64,000 nucleotides of DNA, from the NCBI RefSeq assembly GCF_009834535.1, contig NC_045696.1, positions 28,088,001 through 28,152,000 on the forward strand, read 5' to 3'. Origin of the DNA: Camelus ferus (taxonomy: Eukaryota). Numbering within the stretch: position 1 is the first letter of the stretch; every line of letters begins with the position of its first letter. A program made the translations under genes and the position numbers. The notes under the pieces were generated by a model. It saw only the letters and a list, made by a program, of their open reading frames with translations, had not been told where the DNA came from and did no database searches. Positions 24,943 to 39,119 of this stretch are shown piece by piece.

Positions 24943-26747
24943 TTAACTGACATATTTTACAGTCCCCTTTTCCGTAGTAAATTGGGGCTTAGCCTTTAGG
25001 TTACTCTCTGTAGCTACATGCATGATGCTTACAGCAGCTATCCAAATAGCAAATTCAAACAGGATATTGATTCTACTGAGTTGAAAAAAAAATCATTTTT
25101 TTTTATTTCCAATATGTTATGTAAAATAGTATAAACAGAACCCTAATTTTCCTGCTCTCAACAGCCAATAGGTATCCCATCATTGCTAGTAAATGTAGTT
25201 GATATGTCCTCTTTCTTATCAGGAAAATAAGTGAGTTACAGCCTTTATTCTTAGATAGTAAGTTTTGAAGTCAAATATGGAATATGGATTACTGAGTATC
25301 ATCTTCTTAGAGTACTTAAAGCAAATATTGATCCTGAAAAAAATATTCTTTGAAATTTATTTTTGTTTCAACACTGTGGGAATGATTTTCCTTCTGAATA
25401 TGGTACAGGGTTATTTTAACTTTGATTGTTAAGAAATGTGTTCATTGTTAATAAAAGTGGTTAAACTCAACGTGTACACAGTCACAACAAACTAGATGTG
25501 AGATGTGCAGAGAAGGAGTGGAGGAGTGTGGAGGGCAGACATGGAGGTGGGACATTTGAGATTTTTCACTATGGCACTTACTCTTTTAGTTAGACCCTCG
25601 TCTCTTCTAATCATAGTTTCCTGTAACTAAGGAGAGTTAGGAGTAAACAAATATTGATGGATATACACCCACATATCTTAATTGATTTTTTTTCCACAGA
25701 TTTTTCTTTCACTTACTTTTGCCACTTCTCTTATGTCCATTATGTTAGTAGTCTCAACTGCCATCAGTTTAATTATTTACCTGGTTGAAATCTTATTTCG
25801 TTTAAATCTGGAATCCTTTAAAACAGATTTTACATTATAATATAATATAATGTGTATGTTTTAAAAAGAATTGAAGAAGAATTTCACTAGAGAAAAATTT
25901 CCATGTGTACTTTGACGTCCTTTGAAATACAGAAATCGTGATATCAACAAAAAGTCCTGTTGGGACTGTCTGTCTAGTTCATCTTTTCATTAAATACAGA
26001 AGTTCCACACTTGAATTTATTCATAAGTGTATATGCACTAGAGAAACAACAATCAAAAACTGGGGCAAAATCTTGAATTTATGTTGAATCTGGGGGAAAA
26101 GATGTGTTTCTATGAATTTTTACAAGACACTTATTAGGTGTTCTTCTCAAAGTTCCTGAATGCATTGACTTGCTACAGGTTTTCTTCTCCTCTTTTCTTA
26201 GCCAATCCCCAAAGCAGTCACTCTACCCATCACAATATCCTGTCAGAAAGGGATTCTTTTGAAGTTCCTAAGACAGTCCCCTCCTTTTTTCTTACTGCAT
26301 TGTTAGTGAGGTGTTCTTGGTTCAAGACATCAGCAGAACAAGACTCCCTTCACATACACGTTTAATCCTTACCCTATGAAAGCCTTATTCGAGAAGAACT
26401 GAAAGCTCGCTGGATAACACAGGCAACAACAAATGGTTTGCTTCTGCCGTGAGGATTGCAGACACTATCATGGGTTTCAAAGGAGGATTTGAGGGGACAG
26501 CAAGGATGTTACTGAAATAACTTTTGCATGACTAGGATTTACAGGGTTGGCTGAAACATGTTAGTGATATAATAAAAATCCAAAGTTTGAAGGCAGAATA
26601 TTTTATTTTAATCCCTCATCTTTATCAGATACCAAATATTATATCTAAAAAAAAAAAATGAAAAAATTTGAGAGCTAAGAAAAAGAGGGGCAGCTTTGTT
26701 GAACCCAATAAAAGCTAAACCCATGAAACGCCATGGGTTTGCGACCA

Positions 26748-26889
26748 TTAAAATTAAAATTAAATAAAATTAGGGGCCCAATCACAGTAATTTCAAGAGC
26801 TCAGTAGTCACACGTGGCTAGAGGCTGTGGTACTGGACAACACAGTAACTATTTCGATTATCATGGAAAGTTCTACTGGACATTCCTGA
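26748..26889 (+). mobile_element. MER3-like hAT-Charlie MITE fragment
   Basis: 'atttcaagagctcagtagtcacacgtggctagaggctgtggtactggacaacacag...atcatggaaagttctactggaca'. Confidence 0.85.
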
Positions 26890-29800
26890 TATCCTGACAT
26901 AGAGCAAGTAACTAATATGAAGCGGAAATTTTTCACATTTTGTACAGCAATCTTGCAAATGTAGATACTTATTTATGAGGTGATCTAAAAGATCACAGTA
27001 AGAGTCGGTGATATTTAGTAACTTATTTCTACAGATTAAAAAATACTTTTCAAAATATTGCATACTGACAAAATGTTAGTAAAATTTGGGGAAAGAAGCA
27101 CATATGATCTTAAAACATTTATATTCCAAATGTTTAAGTGTGTTTCCCACTTCCTAACATGTTACGCCTTCATTTTATGTATAGCAAAAAACAAATCTTA
27201 AAATGTGGCCTTCCTTCACAAACCCCAAGCCCCCGAGGGCACTTTTCAGAAGAAAAACTTATGTTTCAATTTTTTTGTAGTTTTATACTAGAAAAAATGG
27301 CCTCTGAGAATGCTTCCAACTTTTAATATGCAATGCTATAAAAAGTTTAAAACTATATGATGAATAAAGCAAAAGTAGGGGATACTGTATGGTGATTTAG
27401 TCTCATCTGCATTTTCAATTTTACAGCAAATGTACAATCTCATTTTCAAACACCTTTAGTTATGCTTGCTGTTTTATACTGTAAGAGATCTATATAAAGG
27501 GGACTGGACTGTGATCATGCGATGGTTTAACACATAATACGATGCTTTATTACTAGAGCATGACTTTCGAATGACTCCATTTCCCAGAGGTGTTAGGGCT
27601 GTGAGTTATACCAGCTACTCTAAATGAGGCAATAAAAAGCACTATCAAGCACTCTGTTTATTCCATAAATAGTATAGTAGTCCTCCAGTCTTCTTTCTAA
27701 AACAGATTTTTGACTTGAGTATATTTTAATCTTTTTCCTTTGATATGTATCACTAGGATGAGAAAAATGTTGATTTTTCTCTGAATTATTTTATTGTGAC
27801 AACAAAAGTGAAAAAGGAGGGAAATAACCATTAAACAGGATCAGATGCAAATAGATACGATATTCTCTAATTTTAACATAAAATGTCAGAAAGCTCAATA
27901 CACTCAGGCTACTTTAATTGGGAAAATAAAATTAAAACACTGGAAGGGCAGTCACTGAAATCAGCATACACCATGTAACAAGAGTATTAGTGATATTTAA
28001 CACCATTCAAATGAAAAACAGCCATATTTTGTACTGCAGAAGACCCAGTAGCAAAGAAGCTCCATTTGCCACATTATATTTGCAACAGCAGAGAAAAAGT
28101 AGTCTGATTTTCCCTACGGTAATTCTGAATTATTTAGCGTGAATCTCAGTTTCTAACTTGCCAAGATACAACCATACGTATCTTCTTAATTATACCGTGG
28201 TCTGATTTTTGAGGAGACTGGCAAGCAGACTAATTTCTGTATAAGGAGATAAATTTCATTATTTTTCCCAGAAAGAGTAAAAGGAAAGAACTAAGGACTC
28301 CTTGAGAGAAGGAAAAAGAGGAAAAGTGTTTTTGATTTTTGAGCTTGACTGATGCTAATAAAATACTCTTCCCGCCTTCCTCACCAGGCTGGACCACTCA
28401 CTCACTAAGTGTGGGAGTAAAAGGTGCTTCCCGGTTCTTTGCCAATCTTCCATCCAGTCTGGTCCCATGTAACTCAATACTGGCATTACGGAGAGAACTG
28501 TGTGCCTAAGATCCTTGAGGTTCAAGAGAAAAAAATCCTTGCTTTCAGAATATCTAAAACCACCATTGTAACACAGGTTGTAAGTTTATCTTTGTTAAAT
28601 TTAATTTTCTTTTAAATGGTAATATTAATTGGAAGAAGATATAGTGTTATGAACAGGAAAAAAAATATAAATAATATCCACTAATAATATCCACTGGCAT
28701 CAAATCAATAGTTTCCAGAAGAGAGTTTCTATATAAATTCAGATTTTATCTGAAAATTATAATCTTAGTTTCAGATTGCATTAATAACTCTATAGGTAGC
28801 CGTTATAGGTTTTAACATCCTAGAATACACAATCAAATGATATTCTTGAAGTATTTCATAGCATAGAAATAGCGCAGCTAAATTAAAAGCTTTTATCCAG
28901 ACAGTGCCCTTTATTTCCATATGAGGAATGCATTTTCTAAATGTTTCTTGATACATTAATTTCTAATTTTTTTCACTAAAGTGATAAGGAAAAAAAAAAA
29001 CCTTTCTTTTCAGAAGGACTCTGTACTATACATCTGTTTTGAGGTAAGTACAGTTTTCATAGTACGTAATTAAGTATATTGTGAGAAGAAAGAATATTTT
29101 CCAGAAAGGCATAAACCAGTAGCACTTCGCACGAAATCAAACAGGCTGCAAAAAAAAATTCATAAGCAAATTGCAAGAATCTTCTCTACCTTAATTCATA
29201 CTCCCCCAGAAGTGTTTGGTATTTACTTAGTAGACTACCACTTAAAGGTGATGTAGCAAGCAGCTCCCTAAAAATATACTGTAGTTTTATTTTATGAAAA
29301 TCATTTTATTAACTATAGAAAAATGAACCGACTGGTGGTGGTGTGTCTTCTCTGCAGCCTCAGCCATCACTGAATATTTATCAATAAAGTAAACGTAAAC
29401 TTTTCAGGAAAGAAAAGGGACCTGGAGTATTAGGATGGGACCACTAGCTAGTACTCTTCTCATTATTACAGCATGGCTATTTGAGAGCATTCCTAATTTC
29501 TCCTAAATTGTTACAGTAATGCATTTTTATAGGATTGTTAAAACTCATCCTTCCAGAGGTTTTTAATGATTTGAATCCTTAATATTTAGGAAGCATATGC
29601 ATCAGTAGATTTTAAGAGGTAAAATGAGTTTTCTTCTTTTAAGTATGCGCATATTAAAGTTCTCTTTGCTCCATCACCCAAAGAGAAAAAGAGAACTAAG
29701 AAGTGTAAAAAGAATGGGTATTGAGCCAGCAGTTTTAATAGCATTGCCATCTCAGGAACAATACTATGAATTTAGCCTACTTTCTCTTGCTCACTGGTTC

Positions 29801-32688
29801 TCTCTCTCTCTCTTTCTCTTTTTCAAGTTAATTTTAAAATCAAGAGATGGGTTGAGGCACCTGTGAAGAAATAACCAGGATATTCTGCAGAATATGTATT
29901 TGATATGGAAGCATGTCTCCATTTTTGAATGTAGTAATCATAGCATTTGCTTTACAGTTATTACACACTCATTTTCATTTTATGTTATTCATAAAGTTGG
30001 TTGTTTTCTTTAGAATTGTTAAAGTGATTGGTTTTACTAGAGGCATCTTCAATCTAAGGAAAGTAGTAAAACTGTATTTTAAAAGTGCAACATTAACAGT
30101 AGAAACTTTCTTCTCCTCACGCTTATTGTTCAAACATAAAGTGCTGGTTAACTTGAAAAAGCCCTGCACACGCCAGAATTTTTATAGCTGTAAACTTACA
30201 AAATTGAGAATGGTTGAAGGCTATGATGAGAAACAACTTCAAAGAAAGAGAAAACATGGCCTGTTATTAATTTAGAATATTCTCAGATTCTTCATGGTTT
30301 CATTTTATTTTTCTCTTCATTTACTCTCCAATCTTTTTTCTCATTATCTTTTACTGGAGAATGGAAGAAAATGCAGACAAGGCACATGACAGATATATAC
30401 ATATTTGCCAAGCTTTTCCTCTTATGGAAAGAGCGAACTCCTTTCAATGGTACCTAACCCTGCCGATGGTTTCAATGACAAGATCACCAAAGTGCTTGGA
30501 ACTTCTCAACAGAAAGGTAATCAATGTGAAGGGCTATAATAGTGGGTTCTCATATTAGCATTTACAATCTCTTCTCTTGAGGAAAACTTCATCATATAAA
30601 AGTGAATTAATACTTTGGGTTGAATTTCCTAGGATTCTTAACCATTTAATCTGGACCTTATCTCAAGTGAGATATTTTTTAAATGGGAATATTTGTCTGA
30701 GGCAATCTGATAAATCATTATGATGGCTTTTAATGCATGTTGGTAACCAGTTTAAAAATACTTCCAGGTTCTTTATCACTTGGAAGTACTTTTTTTTGCT
30801 TTTAGAATCAATACCTTAAACCATTTCTTTCCTTTCACTGCTTTTCTCTTATCTGATAACACCTCAGGCTCTCTTTATATTCCCTTTCCAAGACATGACT
30901 TTTGTTTTTGTCTGATTTCATTTATAACCCAATTCGGTTTTGATATCAATGATCAACTTTGATATCAATTAATCACCCTTCAAGGTCTGACTCATATACT
31001 TCAAGGAAAGCTTCCTGTAGTGTTCTATTTTTATCCAGTTCCCATGCTACTTCCTGGCACTGTTCCATCAGAGACCATATGCTGTTTTGTTTTGTGGTTA
31101 TTTCTGTAAAAATCACAGTCTTCTACTGAACTGCCATGATAAACCACACTGTGGAGTTCCCTATCACTTATGCCATTGGGCATTTTCACCTCCTAGGAAG
31201 CATCAGTATTGAAAGTCAAGAAAGCTTAACACCTGGGCTCACTACAATTTCCCAAGTTATAACCACAACTGAACTTCCAGAGAATATACCATTGGACTTT
31301 GCCTTCTTAGGTTTTGCATTCTTCAAGTTTTCTTTACTGAAATACCTGAGACTGTTTGCAATAACTAAAACAGTCTGCCTTCGCTCTTGTTCAGGGTGAA
31401 TGGGTGTAGGGAAGGTGCACTTCTTCAAACCTGTATGGCACATTTAACAGTGGTTGGTGCCACAAGAACAAAGGGGGTTGGTAGTGATGGTAGTGTGGTG
31501 GGTCTATTTATGGGATAACCTGAAACAATATACTCACATTTTCTACAGCCCAACAGTAATGAGGGAAGGCATCTGATTAGCTGTTTTATTTAGGCATCTG
31601 ATTAGGTGTTTTATTTCTCCATGAAATCTGCTTCTCAGAATGCCCTTTTCATTCTTATGTTTACTAGTCAAAACTTTGTTATGCTTTAAGACAGAGCTTA
31701 ACTGGTATTACTTTAAATCATTGCTGATCAACCTCCTTTGCCAATCTCTTTCTCTTTAAACATCTTAAAATGTCTAGCTTAAATATGTAGAATTTTTCAC
31801 ATTTTAAAATATTTTCTGTTTTTTAAAATAATTATCTGTTTCAGAATTTCTATGAGAGTGAAAGAGTAGGCACTGTTTTTGAATTTAAAACCACATAGGA
31901 AAACCATATAGCAAAAATTAAAAACAAATACTGGATGAATTAAAATATTTTAACAAATGAAGGTTTATATATTATGACACAATAGTCATTTAGGGGAGAT
32001 AAATCAACAACCAGTATGCATTCCATTGATACTATCAATGTAATATTCATAAATTGGCAATATATGTACCTATCATACCTACGAGTCTGGGTTTACTGTA
32101 ATCAAATTAGGTAAGTGACAAGAGGCAAGTAGTAAACAAGAAATAAAATAATAGTAATGAACTAAAAAATAGAGGAGTTAAGCTATTTATTTTATTGTAG
32201 TCACAGAGCTAGTGGGAGGCAGAGTGAACATGTAGAAGCTAATTTATCTGACTTACAAACTATTCCCCATCATAGAAAATCACATGTGTTGTATTGGAAA
32301 CAGATGAATACAGGTGTTCCACCTAATCATACTTATCTAAATACTATATCAGTATTACTTGCATGATCAATTAACCCATGGGGAAAGTTAACTTTCTTGT
32401 CACATTATTTCAGATTAAAAAATAAGTTAGAACTCCAGTTTTGATGATATAGAAAAATTAAATACCTAAAACTCTTTTGCTATAAAAATTTGCCTCTACA
32501 AATATTAGATAGAATATTATCAGACCCCCTGTTACATACATAACTGAACTCACAAGAAAGTAAGGGAAATTTCTAGGAGCTGTAAATAAGAAGCAACTGA
32601 AAAACCAGAACATTAAGCATGAGCTAATTTAATCATGAGATTGCTCTAGAGGGCTTGCTGATCTCAATAAGCTAGGACAGTGGTCCTT

Positions 32689-33155
32689 TCCCCCCATCTT
32701 TAAAAAAATCGAAGTATAGTTGACTTACAATGTATTATTTTTGGATATACAGCATAGTGATTCAGTTTTTTATGTATATATTCTTTTTCATATTCTTTTT
32801 TATTACAGGTTACTACAAGCCATTGAATATAGTTCCCTGTGCTGTACAGTAAGTCCTTGTTGTTTTTCTATTCTGTACATGGTAGTTTGTATCTGAAAAT
32901 CCCAAACTCCCAATTTACCCCTCCCTTTCCCTTTCCCCTTGGTAACTATAAGTTTGTTTGCCCTGGAGTCTCTTTCTGTTTTATAAATAAGTTTGTTTGT
33001 ATCACATATAAGTGATATCATATGATATTTGCTTTCTCTGACTGACATACTTCACTATTCAGTATGATAATCTCTAGTTCCATCCATGTTGTTGCCAATG
33101 GCATTATTTCACTCCTTTTCATGGATAAGCAGTATTTCATTGTGTGTGTCTGTGT

Positions 33156-33215
<60 letters not shown>

Positions 33216-34161
33216 GATGTTTTCTGCATCCATTCGTCTGTCAATGGACATTGAGGTTGCTTCCATGATCAATGGAACATGATAGAAAGTCCAGAAATAA
33301 ACCCACATACTTATGGTCAATTAATCTATGACAAAGGAAGAAAGAATACATGATGGAGAAAAGACAGTCTCTTCAATAAGTGGTGCTGGGAAAACTGAAC
33401 AGCCACATGTAAAAGAATGAAATTAGAATTTTCTAACACCGTATACAAAAACAAACTCAAAATGGATTAAAGACCTAAAAGTTAAGACCAGATACTCTAA
33501 AAACCCTAGAGGAAAACATAGGCAGAACACTCTGACGTAAATCGCAGCAATAAGTTTTTGGATCTGTCTCCTACAGTAAAGAAAAGAAAAACAAAAATAA
33601 ACAAATGGAGTCTAATTAAACTTAAAAGCTTTTATCCAGAAAAGGAAACAATAAACAAAATGAAAAGACAATCTAAGGAATAGAAGAAAATACTTGCCAA
33701 TGACACAACTGATAAGGGATTAATTTCCAAAATATACAAGCAGCTCACACAGCTCAATATCCAAGAAAAAAAAAACAATCAAAATATAGACAGAAGATCT
33801 AAATAGACATTTCTCCAAAGAAAACATACAGATGGCCAACAGGCACATGAGAAGATGCTCAACATCATTAATTGTTTGAGAAATGCAAATCAAAACTACA
33901 GTGAGGTATCATCCCACACCAGTCAGAATGGCCATCATCAAAAAGTCTATAAATAATAAATGCTGGATAGGTTGTGGAGATAAAGGAACTCTCCTACACT
34001 GTTGGTGGGAATGCAAACTGGTGCAACCACTATGAAGAACAGAATGGAGGAATCCTTTAAAAAACTAAAAATAGTTATCATATGATCCAGCAATCCCATT
34101 CCTGGGCATGTATCTGGAGAAAGCTATAATTCAAAAAGATGCATGCACTGCAATGTTCATT
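32689..34161 (-). mobile_element. 5'-inverted L1: minus-strand 3' part 32689-~33267, inverted ORF2 part ~33268-34161
   Basis: Antisense 3'UTR/ORF2 end (ORF 33018..33320 contains 'MKRSEIMPLATTWMELEIIIL') flips at 'ttgcttccat|gatcaatggaac' to plus-strand ORF2. TSD acagtggt(c/t)ctt at 32677-32688 and 34162-34173. Confidence 0.92.
33141..33216. repeat. (TG)n(TA)n microsatellite within L1
   Basis: Read directly from the sequence. Confidence 0.95.
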
Positions 34162-34162
34162 A

Positions 34163-34396
34163 CAGTGGTTCTTAAGTGGAGACGATTTTGTCCTCACGGG
34201 GACCTTTGAAAATGGATGGAGACATTTTGGTTGTTGCAACTGGGGAGGGGTGTATATTGCTGGCATCTTGTGGGCAGAGATTAGGACTGCTACTAAATTT
34301 TTTACAAGTCTCCCATCTTCACCAACCACCACGACCACCACTAAACAATTATCCATCCCAAAATTCAGTCGATAACGTTGATGTAGAGAAATCCTG
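34163..34396 (+). mobile_element. MER20 hAT DNA transposon
   Basis: 'cagtggttcttaagtggagacgattttgtcctcacggggacctttgaaaatggatggagacattttggttgttgcaactgggg...aattatccatcccaaaattcagtcgataacgttgatgtagagaaatcctg'. Confidence 0.9.
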
Positions 34397-35364
34397 CTCT
34401 ATAGCCTAGATACCGATTCCTAGTTAAGATGGGAGAAAAAGTCTTGGGCTAGTAAGATCTAGGGAGTTAGAACTGAGATACTTCATGTTACAAAGTCAAG
34501 ATTTTTTTCAGAGCTAACTGTAAGTGAAAGAGAGAGCTAGAAATAAATTTACTTTCCAGGCAAAAGGAAATTTGTGTGTTTTGTCCTGGGACTGAAATTT
34601 GTAGCCATAATATGCCTTTAGGCATGTCTGCATTTCAGGCATCCTCTGTTACTAAATCTTAGATAACTCCCAGCCTTAAAATTTATTCCACTGTCGTAAA
34701 ACACTTGGGATTCCAGCAGAAGCAAGTGCAAAAAGCAGTGGAGAAAAGAATTTTCAACACAGCCACACATATATAAGAGCTCACTAAAGATAAACTCATA
34801 ATCTGAACTATAAAATAAAACATGAGCAAGAGTTCACAGATAATACAACAGGATTCAACTCTTAAGCACTTCAGGTAACAGATTTTTTTTTCCAGACAGA
34901 TATATTTTTCAAATAGATATGCTCAAAATAGTTAAATATATACACCAGGATTTAGAAATAAGTGAAAAGAAGAAATCACTATTAAAAATTAACCTGGACA
35001 AAAATGGGTTGAGTGATAGTAAAAGAATAATCCTTAGATTTAAACTCTATACTAGTCCTGAAAAAGACAAAAACAATAATCACTAATCAAAAGACATGGT
35101 AGGGAAATTGTAGAAGATCAATAGTAGACAGGCAATCTTAAGGTCAACTACAGAAGTAAAAGCAAGTGTCTAGCAAAGAATAATTATCCCAACTGCAAGG
35201 TCCTCAAACATAATACTAGAAATTAGAAGATGATGCAAATCATCAAAGTTAAGTAAAAAAAACTGTTAACCTGGAATTCTATGTGCTGGAAACCTACAGC
35301 TTATTTTCAAAGGCAATTAAAAAAAAAACTTCCCCAAAATTCCTTGCTAAAGGACTACTAGAAC

Positions 35365-35549
35365 TTGGTTTTCAAATCTTGCAGAGCATTAACATCACTT
35401 GGGGGACCATTAAAATTCTCACTACCAAATCACAGCTCAGATTGATTAAAATAGGATCTCTACGGGTGGACCCGAATCATGTTTTTTCTTTTCTTTTTTC
35501 TAAATTCTGTGGATAATTCTAACGTGCAACTTGATTGAAAACCAGCAGC
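35365..35549. mobile_element. MER5-like hAT MITE
   Basis: 'tggttttcaaatctt...gcattaacatcacttggggg...ggataattctaacgtgcaacttgattgaaaaccag'. Inverted ends tggttttcaa / ttgaaaacca. Confidence 0.75.
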
Positions 35550-38500
35550 TAACATGTATTGTAGCAAGAAAGCAATCAAAACCAAAAGGAAGGTAGAAGT
35601 AAGCAAGAAATTGGCAAGCAAATAATTGCTGAATGTACAACAACAATAATGCCAATAATAATAACTACATTTATGTTATTTATCTCTCTCTATATTGTGT
35701 ATATATATATATATGTGTGTGTCTATATAATTATATAACATATGTTTATGCCACAAAGGCATAAATATAAAATGGATAATAAAGACTTGTCATTTACAGA
35801 CTATGTTTTCTGATTGTAATATAATAACTCAATTAAAAGTCTACAACTTTGCCCAACATACACATATTTGAGAATTTCAGAACCAAGTATCTAAAAAGTG
35901 CCCCTCAAGTGATATTAATAGCCAGAGACGAAAACCAAGCTTCTGCAGTCTTTTCAGCAAGGAACTTTTATGAAAAGGCTTTTAATTAAATGTATATTTA
36001 CTAGAAATACAGTATAGCACATCACATCCCAATGAGATGGTCATTAAGTCATCAAGGGTTAGAAAGAGAAGGAAATTGCAGAAAGTGGTTTGTAGGAGTC
36101 TTCAACTGTATACCTCATAATTCATTACTTCCAAAAAATTTTAGAAATGATAAAGTTGGGGCAAAATATTAATTTTGAAGAGCAAGTTGATAGTATATAA
36201 ATAGTCAGTATTCTTTTCTGTGTAGTTTTATAGGCTTAAAATATTTCCTAGTATTTAAAAAAAGAGCACTGCTTTTTAAAAAATGCACCTATGAATAAAA
36301 TTATGTGAGCAAGTTAATTTTGGAGCAGCAGTATCTGTATAAATATTGTTGTTCAAATTTACTTCACAACTGGCAGGTTGAAAACCCTCTTCCTAAAACT
36401 GAAGTCAGCTGATTTATTTGCAGAACTCAGCAGTGCATCATGTAGTCAGCCACCTCTTAGCCTTAGTCTGCAACGTGAGTGCCCCAGGAGACCAGCCACT
36501 GCATCACTTCCTCCACCTTAGGTCTGGAGAGCCGGAAGCGTTCATGGGTGAAATGGACACATCCAGAGGCTCTCCTTGGCATGGTTTAATGTTTCATTTG
36601 GTAGCAAAAGGTATTATATTTTCATTCCACTTACATTCTTCTTCTATTTGTGCATGACCGAAAAATCTATTAAACGTCAAAAAAGTTCACTGAAAAGAAA
36701 CTAATATTGCTCAAAATAAAATTTATTTTACCATAATTCACCGACATTTTCCCTCCTACTGCATTATGATTGAAATCGAGGTCACAGTACAGTTCAACTT
36801 ACATTTTGCGATGCCAAAGTTTTATAGATGGCAAAATGCTCGTCTTTCTCTCCATGGATTAATTTCGAATGTAAAGTCATACATGTCAGTAAAACTGGAA
36901 GCCCTCAAGTGTCACATTCAGTATATTAATGATTTATCTTTGTATTATTTTATTCTCAAGCTGATTTTTCCTGTGATTTTTTTTTTTTAATATAACACCT
37001 GAGTTCCTTAGAACAGACTGGACACTCATCCTTGTAAATCACCATTTAATAAATGGTGGGATTCTTCACAGGAAATTTAAAGCAGAATTATTTAAATCCT
37101 CTTTAAGGTGACTGAGTTCTTATGTGTTCACATGAATGACTAGGGCGTGTCATTTCATCTTTCTTGTACTCCTTCTCTAAAAACTGTTTCCATCCTCATA
37201 CCTCATTCATACTTGTTAGCATTCTATTGTTAGCTAGAGAAGTAGCTACCAGTATAAACTTGGATATGTTAACCTACCTGCAAAATTAGAATATTATGGT
37301 GTCTACAATTGTTCAGATGACCTTGGACCCTGGGAATTTTTTTTGATTTTGCACAACTGCTTTACAGTATAGAATTAAATAGTCGAGTTTACTACACAAG
37401 ACTTCCATCAAGCCTCAATAAAATTATCTATGTGGGTTACGTGGCTCAGGGCTTGGCACGAATTTTCCTTGCAGTGAATGTTACCCTTAGAAAGAGCTGT
37501 GTGGTGGTGGCGGTATTCACAGTGGTAGTAGTAGTATTAGCGGTGGTGGCAGAATGTGTACTCGTTATTGTTTTAATACTAATGAGACACTAACAACAAA
37601 TATGAAAAATCGTGAAACAAACTGCTCCATAGGAAATATATTTGTTGTCTTACTTTCTGAATTTGAAATTATTCTAAGAGTTCTCTTTCAAATATTCTAT
37701 TTCAGAATGGACAGCCATACATAAAGAACAGATAGCCCTTATTAATGAAAATAATAAAGCCTAGCTCTGTCACAACAGCATTTCATTTGTGCTGGCATAA
37801 GTGGACTTGCATATTATTCTAATAAGTATTAAAGATGTTTATTTACCTAACCAAAGAAACCATTAAAAATAATCCTGAGCAATTAGAAACTTTTTATTAA
37901 GTTTAAAGACTGAAAAAAAATTAATTCTACATCATCTGATAACTTCTTAGAGAATTATCATATATAAAATTATCATACATATGTATATATCTTACATATA
38001 TATCCATATTTAATGATCATTTCAATATTATTTCAAGAAAAATAAATTATAAATCAATGAATTAATAATACAGAATCATTTTTAATACAGAAAACTGTCC
38101 TGTCATATATAACTCTTGACAAAGAAACCTATCTCTTAAGAAGATAAAACCCATAAATATTTGCTGGACATATTTTGCTTCTCTTGTTCAAGTTCACTTC
38201 CTAGGAAGCTAAAACCTCTCTCATATTTCACTACCTTTAATTTCAAAAATAAAATGTGAATTTGTATTTTATGATTTTTATGTCAAGGTTCTTTCCTCCC
38301 ACAAAGGATTTGGCATGGATATGAACAGTCACTGTAAAAGGTCCTTCAAAGTGCCATACAAAAGAAATAATTTTCAGGCATCGACTAAGTTTTCAAGTTG
38401 AAATTATTTGCATTCAAGGGCGTCTTTTCTAAAATGCATAGATCAGTGTCTGAGATTGTTCAAAGGCCATCAGAAGACCTTCTTTTGTGTTATGTTTCTG

Positions 38501-38840
38501 GGGAAGGCCCAGCAAAAGGCAGTTCCTAGGGTAAGAGGTTGTTCAATAATGTCAGATGAGTCTCCTGAGTCTTGCACTCTGTCATATTATTTTCTGCTAA
38601 TATTGACACAAATGGAATGAGTCTTCAGTTTCTATTCATCTGTATGGTTATTATCAAAAGGGACAGCATATAGCTATATCAATGTGTTAATTTAAGCTTG
38701 CAAATTGTAACTGGGAGTGGTGGTACAGTTCCTTAAACTTTCACAAAGTAAAGGTTAGAAAATAATATTTTGCTTTGTAAAAAGACATAAAGCGTATCTA
38801 TCGAAAGCTGAAGCTATTAACTTGTGATTTTAAAAACAGC

Positions 38841-38943
38841 TGAAAATGAAGATATGTGTGTGTATGTATACATGATTGGGACATTATGCTATACACCAGA
38901 AATTGACACATTGTAACTGACTATACTTCAATTTAAAAAAAAA
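38841..38943 (+). mobile_element. Very short lineage-specific L1 3' end
   Basis: 'catgattgggacattatgctatacaccagaaattgacacattgtaactgactatacttcaatttaaaaaaaaa'. Confidence 0.9.
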
Positions 38944-39073
38944 TGACATATCAAGGATTGAATTTGAATTTTACCTTGTATGTCTGTTATTAACTACAGA
39001 GATGGACCTAGAAATAAGGGATAAGCACACTTGATAAAATATTTATTACAAACATAGATATATCAGCACATGT

Positions 39074-39076
<3 letters not shown>

Positions 39077-39114
<38 letters not shown>
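39077..39114. repeat. (AT)19 microsatellite
   Basis: Read directly from the sequence. Confidence 0.97.

Positions 39115-39119
<5 letters not shown>

Noticed and set aside
26717..26740. 9-bp hairpin aaacccatg/catgggttt as a terminator
   Set aside because: Intrinsic terminators do not apply to mammalian DNA, and such hairpins are expected by chance in 64 kb.
29913..30275. Longest ORF (120 aa) with an overlapping antisense ORF
   Set aside because: F/L/K-rich composition typical of AT-rich chance ORFs; no recognisable domain.
33018..33320. ORFs with THTH/CVCV repeats
   Set aside because: Translation of a microsatellite inside an L1 that spans the inversion junction.
34420..35870. Possible very old L1 5'/ORF1 remnants around the MER20 and MER5 elements
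   Set aside because: Only faint similarity (e.g. ~35225-35330); boundaries cannot be supported without an HMM search.
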